Source of the DNA: Octopus bimaculoides
Lineage: Eukaryota
Direction: 5' to 3'
Assembly (NCBI RefSeq): GCF_001194135.2
Contig: NC_068985.1
Coordinates: forward strand, 121,925,777 to 121,972,845
Length of the DNA: 47,069 nt
Part shown: positions 37,076-47,069 of the stretch, piece by piece
How positions within the stretch are numbered: the stretch's first letter is position 1
Layout of the letters: each line of letters opens with the position of its first letter
Translations under genes and position numbers: made by a program
Notes under the pieces: generated by a model
What the model was told of the DNA's origin: nothing
The model's input: the letters and a program-made list of their open reading frames with translations, nothing else
Database searches by the model: none

Positions 37076-37112
<37 letters not shown>

Positions 37113-37669
37113 AAACACACACTCAAGCAAACACACACACACATGCATGCACTTATACACACAAACACATAAATATACATAAAACACACACATACATGTA
37201 CAGCTATCTATAGAGAAAATTTGTGTTAAGCATTATGATACTATTTGCTAATTTTAACAACTTTGTTCTTCTTTATAGTATCCAAAATATTAAAACAGGT
37301 TTGACAGGTGAATATAATATAATTATACCCGACAATAAGATGAAACGAACAATAATGGAACAATAGAGTACACGGCAAACATGCAATAACAGACTAACCA
37401 ACACAAGCTGACATTATGAAATTTGTAGAATTAAGATAATTAATACATTTATAGAATTAATAGGACTATTACTTCTTGTTAAGTCAATATTTAACATCTA
37501 CAATGATGTTGTGTTAATTTTATAATTGTTAATTTTATTTCTACCAAGGACAATAGAAGTCTGTTATCTGAAATAATAAGAACAGTGTTAGCAACTGTAT
37601 AAAGAAGAATGTGACTAAATGTTACTCAACGCGTAATATGTGAATATTTGTGAATGTATTTGTGAAGGT

Positions 37670-37960
37670 GCATAGCCTGGTTATAAAGACATTGCACTCA
37701 TGATTGCAAGATTGTGGTTTCAATTCTCAGACCAGTGATGCATTGTATCCTTGAGCAAACCATTTCATTTTATGGTGCTCCAGTTCAAACTCAGCTGTAA
37801 ATGGGTAACAATGAGACAGAGTAGCATAAAGTTCAGTGGAAATATTGGTCTACTTGTTGAGCTAGAAGGGTTTCATCATTTGAAAGCTACAACAATGCGA
37901 GGAAATGCATTGTGATCAGTGGTATATAACAACACCTGATAGTCCGGTTGATACAGTAAT
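37670..37960 (+). mobile_element. SINE family C
   Basis: GCATAGCCTGGTTA head, GGTTTCAATTC, CCTTGAGCAAACCATTTCA...CTCAGCTGTAAATGGG. Confidence 0.6.
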
Positions 37961-38719
37961 ACAGTGATATGAATGTATTCAGACTGTGTGTGGAGGTGTG
38001 TGAGTGTATTTGTCAGGGAGAGTAACACTTTGGAGCATTGTCTTAGCTAAATGGTTAAGAAATTCCTTTTATGATCATGAGATTCCAGATTAGAGCCCTC
38101 TATATTGTAGCACCTTAAGAAAAGGTTTTCTACCATATCTTAAAAGAAAATCATTAACATCTGTATTAAATCTGCAGGTTCATTAAGATTAAGCTTATCC
38201 CAGTTTCTGAGATGTATAAGCAACTGAAATTCTAAAACTCTTTCTGGATATGATGCCAGTCCATTGTAAAATTAAGCCTCAGCTATTGGTACATGTTTTT
38301 AGCTAAATGAACTGGAGCAAGATGTAATGAAGTGTCTTGCTCAAGAACACAATATACCACCTAATCCAAGAATCAGACTCAAAACCTCACTATCATGAGA
38401 GCAAACCACTAACCACTAAGTCACACACTTCCATACTCTAGAGTTAATCTAAATCCTATGAGTGAAATTAGAGACAAAAACTTCATTGAGGCCTATCAAT
38501 TTCGCTGAACCCATAATTCAAAGGGTCAGTCTTGTTACTCTTAACATAAGCATATTTATAAAACATCTTACATATGACTTCTATCTACACACACACACAT
38601 ACACACACACACACACACACACATAAATACATGCATGCACTCCACACATACATACATCCAACGCATATATGAAATGATTACATCTAAAAGTTGTTTCTCT
38701 TTCATTCACCTTTGCTGGA

Positions 38720-39450
38720 TGCAGCCTTAACCAGGTGTAACTGATGTCATCAGATGGTGTAAGTATCCAATGGTAACTTGGTGTTTCAACCTTCAACTGT
38801 AACACCCTCCGATAGGCAGACCAACAGCAGTGGCCAAATCACTGCCCTTCTCCTGTTATTCATCTGACTTAGCTCCTCTCTCCCATAGGTGCTTTCTGCT
38901 GCCTCTTTCATTCTACAAGGAGCTGACTTTGTCTCTCTTCTTCTTATTCCAATGGCTGTAAGAATCCTCTGTACTGACAAGGCAGGATAACCTCTACAGC
39001 TAACCATTAGTGGGAATAGCTGTCCATGCAATCCTGCAAAACTCCTATGGGACAGTAAGTTTGATTGGGATTATCTTCTTAGCTTTCTTAGACCACGAAG
39101 CTATATCTGACCTCAGGATCATCTGAACAATCTGGAGATCTACAACCTCTCTCTTAGGTCTACTATCTACTCTGAGATTAGGCCTTTATAGCCTGCTTGC
39201 TCTAGTTGTGTTAAATGGTTTTTCTCCTTCCATCATTAAACTCGACTGATGCACTTGGTTTATTCTGTGGTTAGCACTTCTTGTGTATTTCTTGCTCCAC
39301 AGTGGGAACAAATGTCATAAGCAACTAGTAGTCATGGTGCCATCTGCAACTCTATTGAGTGATTGTTCTTTTACATCCAAACAAAATGTGCTCCATGGTG
39401 CCCCTTGCCATAAAGCCTTTACAGTTAGCCCTTCTTCATGCCTCCCTTGT
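38720..39450 (-). mobile_element. HERO-clade-like LINE 3' fragment (zinc knuckle plus RLE)
   Basis: Minus frames NCKGFMARGTMEHILFGCK, RWHHD, LRSDIASWSKKAKKIIPIKLTVP*E, resembling the HILxxC / WRHD / RPDIV / ELTVPWE motifs. Confidence 0.65.
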
Positions 39451-39698
39451 GCAAATTAATTGGTGTACATTTGCTCACTCTATCCATCAAATCGATGTCA
39501 CCTGAACAGGTGCATGGCGTACAACACACAAGGGGTTGAAATGGTTGCAGAGCGACATGAGATGAAATGTTTTTCTCAAGAACACAATGCACAATGTTCA
39601 GGAAGTGAAACCATGATCTTGCAAATCATGAATGCAACACCCTAACCACTAGGCCATGTGCCTTCATATACACACACCCACGCATGCATGCACACACA

Positions 39699-39931
39699 GG
39701 CGGCGAGCTGGCAGAAACGTTAGCACACCGGGTGAAATGCTTAGTGGTATTTCGTCTGCCGCTACGTTCTGAGTTCAAATTTCCGCCAAGGTCGACTTTG
39801 CCTTTCATCCTTTCGGGGTCGATTAAATAAGTACCAGTTATGCACTGGGGTCGATATAATCGACTTAATCCGTTTGTCTGTCCATGTTTGTCCCCTCTGT
39901 GTGTAGCCCCTTGTGGGCAGTAAAGAAATAA
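39699..39931 (+). mobile_element. SINE family B (young, CpG-rich)
   Basis: GGCGGCGAGCTGGCAGAAACGTTAG head, GAGTTCAAAT B box, GCCTTTCATCCTTTCGGGGTCGATTAAATAAGTACCAG central domain, ends GTAAAGAAATAA; in (CA)n. Confidence 0.88.
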
Positions 39932-40269
39932 CACACACACACACACATACACACACACACACACACAGCATATGATTGGCTTCCACAAAGTTGAATGATA
40001 GGTTTATGTTCATTCATTTCTTGTGCTTTGTCTTTTGTGTTTTTTTGTGGGGTGGGGTTCAGCTGAATTTGTCTGGTATTGATTTAACTTGTGTTTCAGT
40101 TGTGTGTTTACAAATGGTAGCCAGACAGTGACTAACGTCAGGATTTGCCATAGATTGAGTATAATGTTTAGCTAAGAACAATAACACTGAGATAATAAAT
40201 TTAGTCTCATTTGCTCAGGTATTTCTGGTTTGCTTCTTTGTTGGTTCAGTGATGTTTATAAAGATTTTC

Positions 40270-40606
40270 CATGGCCGTGCGGTTAAGAAGGGACTGAACC
40301 TGAGTAGAAGAGACATTAGGCAAGTCTCCTCTACTATAGCCCCTAGCCCCAGGCCATCTAATGTCTTGTGAGTGAATTTACAGTTGAAAACTGTTTGGAA
40401 ACCCATCGTGTGTGTGTGTGTGTAAATATGTATGTGTGTATGTATAAGTATATATGGGTGTACATGAATATGTATGTATATATGTGTGTGTCTCTGTGTT
40501 TGTCTCCCCACCCACCAACTATCACTTGACAACCAGTGCTGATTTGTTTGTGTCCCCAGAACTTAGGAGCTCTTAACAAAAACGTCTTATAGAATAAAAA
40601 AACGTC

Positions 40607-40682
<76 letters not shown>

Positions 40683-40960
40683 ATGTATGTGTGTATGTAT
40701 AAGTATGTATGTGTGTACATGAATATGTATATATGTGTGTGTCTCTGTGTTTGTCCCCCCACCCACCAACTATCACTTGACAACCAGTGTTCGTTTGTTT
40801 GTGTCCCCAGAACTTAGGAGCTCTTAATAAAAATGTCTCATAGAATAAGCACCAGGCTTAAAAATAAAGTAAGTACTGGAGTTGATTTTTCTTTTTACTA
40901 AACCCATTAAGGCATTGCCCCAGCATAGCTGCAGTTAAATGACTGAAACGAGTGGAAGAT
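40270..40960 (+). mobile_element. SINE family A with internal tandem duplication
   Basis: Body segment repeated at ~40408-40597 and ~40608-40848. Confidence 0.75.
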
Positions 40961-41193
40961 AATACGAAAAATGAAAGATCACTGTAAAGAAGTGATGTTC
41001 GTTGTTATTCGCTTCAATGTCAGTTTGCTCTGAATGACAATCATATTCTTTGACAATTTCATGTGAGTTACAACTGCCTCACCAGATGCACCTCTGTGAT
41101 AGGCAGATGTGGGCAGCATTATTTGTTGGTTGTGTGAAATTGTGTTTGGATGCTTCATTGATTTCTCTTTGTTGCCGAACTTTGTTTCTTTCT

Positions 41194-41322
41194 TTTTCTT
41201 TTTTGTTGTCTTTTCTAGTTTTCTTTTTTGTTGTCTTTTCTAGTTTTCTTTTTTGTTGTCTTTTCTAGTTTTCTTTTTTGTTGTCTTTTCTAGTTTTCTT
41301 TTTTGTTGTCTTTTCTAGTTTT
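41194..41322. repeat. 25-bp minisatellite, 5 copies
   Basis: TTTTCTTTTTTGTTGTCTTTTCTAG; GTTGTC ends at 41210, 41235, 41260, 41285, 41310. Confidence 0.95.
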
Positions 41323-41720
41323 ACTATATGTTTTAATGTTTCATCTGTTTATTTGTGTAGAATATGTGCAAGGAGAATTGTGCTTCTTTGTTGGGTGGTG
41401 TTTGTGTTTCACATGTGTTGTGTTATTGAATGAATGGAGCTTTGTGGAAAGTAAAGATGAAAGATGATTATTATTGTTGTCATTAAGGTAGCGAGAAGGC
41501 AAAAGCATTTGCACATCAAACAAAATGCTTGGCAGCATTCGTTCCAGCTCTTTATGTTCTGAGTTCAAATCCCATCAAAGTTGACTTTACTTTTCCATCC
41601 TTTCAATGTAAATAAAATAAAATACCAATCAAATACTGGGTTAATGCAAACGACTTATCCTACACCTAAAATTGCTAGCCTTGTGTCAAAATTTGAAAGA
41701 ATAATTATCATTGTTATTGT

Positions 41721-41764
<44 letters not shown>

Positions 41765-41935
41765 TCTGAATTCAAATTTTCCATTGGTCAACTTTATCTT
41801 TTATCCTTTCAGGTCTGATAAAACAGAGTAGTTGAAGACTGGGGTCAATATAGTTGACTTACCCTCCTTACCGCCAAATTGCTGGCTTTATGCTTAAATT
41901 AAAAACAGAATTATTATTATTATTATTATTATTGC

Positions 41936-41969
<34 letters not shown>

Positions 41970-42091
41970 ATCATTATCATATTTCACTTCTCGGAACTCT
42001 CAATCTCACTTGCTCTGGTTAATTCTGTGAGAGCAGACAGCATCCTGTTGTCAAAGATCTCACAGGGTCTTTTCTCACAAATTATTATTAT

Positions 42092-42451
42092 TGTTACTTC
42101 TGCCTTAGCAAAGGCGGAGGTATTGTTTTCAGTTGCGTTTGTTTGCTTGTTTGTCGGTGGACAAGATATCTCAAGAATTGCTGGATGGATTTAGATGAAA
42201 CTTTCAGGGATGTTTGGCCTCGTGACTGGTACAAACTGATTAGATTTGGGGATTGATTCGGTATTGGACAAGGGTTCTGGATTGTTTTGCCTGTTTTTGT
42301 ATTTAATTTTTGAGAGCAGTCGGGTTCATTTCCAGTATTCTTATTTGTGAGATATCAGATATTCTCATTTTAAAAATTATCTCTAGCTAATTGTTGAGAA
42401 GATGTTGGTGTTGCCTTGGCGGAGGTTTGTGTTCTCTGAGTTCTCTTGTAT
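42092..42451 (+). mobile_element. Helentron-associated non-autonomous element (HINE/DINE-1-like)
   Basis: 5' TACTTCTGCC..AAGGCGGAGGTA sub-TIR hairpin, GTTT microsatellite, GGATGGATTTAGATGAAACTT block, 3' CCTTGGCGGAGGT sub-TIR plus short hairpin, T-rich flanks. Confidence 0.65.
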
Positions 42452-43309
42452 TCATCATCGTTATCATTGTCATCATCATCATTCTCATTGTGTTTTCAAT
42501 ACTGTTGTTGCTTTGTTTTGTATGAGCTGTTCCAAGTCTTTTCAGAGATGTCAATGAACAGTAAGTTGGACGTTTTACTATGGGTGTTATTTATGAGTAG
42601 CAATGATATATTGCAAGGAAAGGAGACCAAATATTGAGAATTAAGATTTCATCAAAAGTTTGTTGTAATATTTGTGGCAATATGGATGATTTTGAAAAAA
42701 TTTTAAAGATTCAGATATTTTCAAGTTGACAGTGGTTTCCTTTGGACATGGGCTGTACTATGTGAACACTATTTTGTGGTTCTGATACATTTGGGTTTCC
42801 TGATATATGACCATAATATTTAAGAGTACCATTTGGTACCATCTCCAGAACTCTAAAGTTCATAGGTACATTTATTATTTTTAGATGCTACATTCCCAAC
42901 ACCTCTATTTCAAACGTTTTGTATTTACTCAAATTTTCAAGTATTTTCATAGAAGTGTCACAGAATGCTAGGATTAATATGTCTATGAGCACATTTTATC
43001 AATGTGATTCTTCACCACAATATCTAGTCTACTGGCTTGAATAGCACAATCAGTTTGAATTCTAAAGTCCCAGAGAATGGTGATATCTTATTTTCTACCA
43101 CTTTGGTATGTTTATATTCCCACTAATTCTTCTCATTTTTGTTGTTATTATTTATGTTCTGAGTTCAAATTCTATGAAAATTGACTTTGCTATTCGTTCT
43201 TTTGGGGGTGGGGGTCGATAAAATAAGTGCCAGTTGAGCACTGGTGTCAATGTAATTGACTAGTCCCCTACCCCAAATTTCAGGCCTTAGACCTATAGTA
43301 GAAAGAGTC

Positions 43310-43349
43310 ATCATCACTATCATCATCCTCATCACTATCATCGTTGTCG

Positions 43350-43389
<40 letters not shown>

Positions 43390-43475
43390 TATCATCATCA
43401 TTATCATTACCACCACCACCACCACCATCATTATCATAATCATTATAATCACTGTCGTTGTTGTCGTCGTCTCAT
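43310..43475. repeat. (CAT)n compound trinucleotide repeat
   Basis: Directly visible. Confidence 0.95.
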
Positions 43476-43766
43476 CACCATTACAACATAGACTGGATGG
43501 TTATAGCAGGAATGTCTTTAATCACAGCTCTGCTTGATCAGAGCCGACCTGAAGCTAAGCAACAACAACAACAGCAGTAAATCAAGATTGCAATGCCTAG
43601 TGTTTGTAGTGATTCTAAGGGTTTTAGTCACGTGTTTATTATTGCATTGGGAGAGTGGAATGCAAGGCTGTCTCTTTATTATGAAATAATTGTGTCTTCT
43701 GTACAGTTGCAGTTTGTCATGTCTCCATCAGACGTTTTTGAGGGTTCTGATCATGTAAGCTCTGTG

Positions 43767-43798
<32 letters not shown>

Positions 43799-43801
43799 TG
43801 C

Positions 43802-43843
<42 letters not shown>

Positions 43844-44858
43844 AAAGGTTGTTTTGTGTTGCTTTTTGCTGTCATCCTGCCTGATAATACTTCTGCCAAT
43901 ACAAAACTGCCTATTTTGAAGTATTCCTATTTATATTATAGCCTCTACTTGTGGCCTTGTAAGAATCTTTTGTTGAGTTATGTTCCAGACACCAGCTTAA
44001 TAAAAGTTTCTAACATGGGAACAAGGTCACATATGTTAAGGGAGAAATCCTGTCGATTATGCTTTGACCCCATCACTTGACTTGTACTTTATTTTATCAG
44101 CCAAAGCCAAAGGTAAAGCTGACTTAACTGTTATTTGATCTCAGAATGTAAAGAGCTAGTACAAGTACCACTAGTCATTTTCCTATTGCTCCAGTAATCC
44201 TGTAGCATAGATATTTCATTAACTATTTATCACTGATTATTGAAAGTAATTTAAATAGATTGATATCCACAAGCAGTATATATTATTAGAAATATGGCCA
44301 CAAAACGGGTTAAAAACAGATTTTGTTTGATAGATCTAGAAGCAAACTTGGATGGACTGGTTTCAAAAGCTTTAGGTTGAATGCAGTTGACTGGTTTTCA
44401 AAAGCAAAGACATGTATCTCAATAGTAGTAGCATCTCAAAAGATCTGTAACATCCTTACTAGTCAGCCATAGCTTAGTGTCCTAGTTACAGGATACTTTT
44501 GAATTACATCTTATCAGAGTTATTTTAGGTTAGTATGATTGGGATAGTTCCTTTTCATAGCTAGTCTTCCTTTAAGAAGTTAACCTAATTCTATTTAGAT
44601 AGATATAAAGAAAATGTGCCAGTGATGCATTTAAAGTGTTGTGTAGGAGGATCAACTAATGAAAAATTGGTAATTTTCTTTTAACTGATTACCTTAGTTT
44701 TAAGAAAGGAGATAGAACTCAAAGCCTTTTCAGGTTTTTCTAAACTGGTGTAGAAAAGGAAGTGCTCCAGTTTGGTTTTAGCCCTGATGGCTAAGACAAA
44801 CTAAAGAACAAAAGAACTTGTGTAAGGTGAATATGGCTGATATTTGATATTAACTCTT

Positions 44859-45147
44859 AAAGATTAATGGCCAAAATTTTAATTAATAGCTAAGATAAGT
44901 ATTAATGGCCAGAGTAAAGATTAATGGCCATGATAAAATTTTACAATCAAGATAAAGCTTAATAGCCCAAGGAAAAGATTAATGGTCAAGGGAAAGATTA
45001 ATAGCCCAGGTGAAAGAGTAATAGCCAATGGAAAATATTAATGGCTGGGAGAAAAGATTAATGGCTAGGGGTAAAGATTAATGGTCAACGAAAAAGATTA
45101 ATGACCAAGAGAAAAGATTAATGATAAACAATAAAGATTAATGGCCA
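44859..45147. repeat. Degenerate ~19-20-bp minisatellite, ~15 units, core AAAGATTAATGGCC
   Basis: Core recurs with variable 4-8-nt purine-rich linkers. Confidence 0.85.
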
Positions 45148-45394
45148 CTGAGAAGTATAATCAGAGGAGGAAGTCACACAGGTTTGCATATCTAGGAAAG
45201 AGGTACTGGGAAGTGTGTTTAATAATACATGACAGAGTGATGTAAAGAAAAGAAGGTGGAGTGCAATAAGCGGGTCTAGTTTGGAGAAGTGTGGATACCA
45301 CTGAAAAATTCAGAAAAAAAAAAGAGAGAAAAGATCAGCCTAATAGCAAAGAGAGGTCACAGCTTGATAAAAGGTGATAAAATTTGACTTTAAA

Positions 45395-45600
45395 TTTTGA
45401 CACAAGGCCAGCAATTTCAGGGTAGAGGGCAAGTTAATTACATTGACCCCAGTACTCTACTGGTATTTATTTCATCAACCACCAAAGGACGAAAGGCAAA
45501 GACCACCTTGGTGGAATTTGAACTCAGAATGTAAAGACAACTGAAATGCCACTAAGCAGTTTGCTTGACATGCTAACAGTTCTGCCTGCTTGCCACATTA
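45395..45600 (-). mobile_element. Older SINE family B relative
   Basis: Reverse complement of the CTGAGTTCAAATTCCACCAAGG...CTTTGCCTTTCGTCCTTT body. Further relatives at ~7733-7910, 15700-15900, 16137-16275, 32555-32730, 41520-41910, 43160-43300. Confidence 0.65.
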
Positions 45601-45706
45601 AAAGATTATAAAATATTGACGAGTAATTTGATATACTCTTATGCGCCTTTGTTATTCAAATACATGTCATTAGATAAAGTTGTTTCTCTTAGTAAATTTG
45701 GGTTCA

Positions 45707-45750
<44 letters not shown>

Positions 45751-46434
45751 TGTGCCTGTGTGTGCATGTGCATTAGTGCTTGTCTGTACCATTGGACAAC
45801 CAGTACTCCGACAAAAATAAAATTGACCCCAGTACTTGCTTAAAAGTAAGTACTGAGGTCAATCTTGATTGACCTAACCCCAGCATGGTCACAACCTAGT
45901 AACTGAACCAGTAAAAGAGCAGTAATGTGTTTCCTTAGAAATATGATTGTGAAAAAGATAAGCTATGCCCATTCAATCAATTTTCTAGAATCGTGTATCA
46001 ACCCATCCAATATTTCCAATGTTGAGGTTGGACAGTGACTTGGTTTGCTATTTCAAAATAGTTGATTCTCTTTTACTAGTTTGTCAATGTTTATGTATAA
46101 AATTTTAATGCTTATTTTTGCTTGGGTTTCATTATTAAATACAACTTCCCCATATCGCATATATAGTGTGTATGTTTTGAAATTGGAAGCTATTTCAAAT
46201 GAAAGTGATGAAGTGTTTAACTGAATGCAATCTTGAAACAGTAAATGCCACAACTAAAGCCAGACAAGTTTTCTGTGGGATGCATCAACACACTTGCTAA
46301 TGAGATGTGAAGGAATTGGCCTGCTTTTGAAGCTGCCCTGCATTTCCTTGCTTTCCGTTTCCTCAGACATATATATGTCTGAGACTCATTGCAATGCTTT
46401 GACCTATTTTGAAGATCTACCAATAAGTCTACAG

Positions 46435-46552
46435 GATGATGGTGGTCGTAATAGAAGTAGTAGCAGCAGCAGCTGTGACAGCAATAGCAGTTGCAGCAGC
46501 AGTAGTGGTGGTAGTGGTCATAATAATAGTAGTAGCAGTGGCTGGCAGCAGT

Positions 46553-46602
<50 letters not shown>

Positions 46603-46620
46603 CAGCAGCAGTGGTGGGGG
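46435..46620. repeat. Compound AGC/AGT/GGT trinucleotide repeat
   Basis: Directly visible. Confidence 0.9.
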
Positions 46621-46832
46621 CAAGACACACTTGATACTATTTACATAGAAATGCAATTAAGTTCCTGACAATTCTCTGTAAAATTTATTTATTTATACAT
46701 TCAGCTTTCAACAGTCTGCCCCTCTTTGCTATTTTCTTCTCCATCCTTTTCTCTTCCTCCTTATTTCTCCCTAACCCTCTCTCTGACTCTCTCTCTTTTT
46801 ATATAGAGCTTGTGTGTGTGTGTGTGTGTGTG

Positions 46833-47064
46833 TTATTTCTTTACTACCCACAAGGGGCTACACACAGAGGTGACAAACAAGGACAGACAAACGGATTAAG
46901 TCGATAATACCGACCCCAGTGTGTAACTGGTACTTATTTAATCGACCCCGAAAGGATGAAAGGCAAAGTCGACCTCGGCGGAATTTGAACTCAGAACGTA
47001 GCGGCAGATGAAATACCGTTAAGCATTTCGCCCGGCGTGCTAACGTTTCTGCCAGCTCGCCGCC
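46833..47064 (-). mobile_element. SINE family B (young)
   Basis: Near-identical reverse complement of 39699-39931, embedded in (GT)n. Confidence 0.88.
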
Positions 47065-47069
47065 TGTGT

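Noticed and set aside
38730-38805. GAAAC and CUGAUGA both present at the HERO-like 3' end (minus strand)
   Set aside because: Order and pairing do not give a type I, II or III hammerhead.
42546-42560. 15-nt micro-exon-like segment (ttttcag|...|gtaagt)
   Set aside because: No neighbouring exons or recognisable protein; such matches arise by chance.
44859-45147. CRISPR-like repeat/spacer appearance
   Set aside because: Eukaryotic context, linkers only 4-8 nt, degenerate repeats, no cas genes.

Overview
AT-rich, microsatellite-dense metazoan genomic DNA with four N gaps. The repeat families and intron style suggest an octopod cephalopod; this is inference, not a database result. The only protein-coding host gene I can support is a + strand NADPH:adrenodoxin (ferredoxin) oxidoreductase, FDXR. 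Ten GT-AG exons from 2892 to 26403 splice in frame into 399 codons plus a stop. The N-terminal exons, including the FAD-binding GxGxxG motif, lie upstream of the window. Everything else is transposon-derived: RTE, CR1-like, R4/Dong-like and HERO-like LINE fragments, several tRNA-headed SINE families, three solo LTRs with 4-bp TSDs, Tc1/mariner, hAT, piggyBac and Helentron-type non-autonomous elements, and simple repeats. The most notable observations are two hammerhead-ribozyme motifs. One is a minimal type I hammerhead forming the 3' half of a tRNA-headed, tail-less SINE with a 10-bp TSD (5537-5809, minus). The other sits in one arm of a ~190-bp fold-back (29957-30150) whose mirror arm has lost both catalytic guanines. 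All folds were done by eye and are untested.
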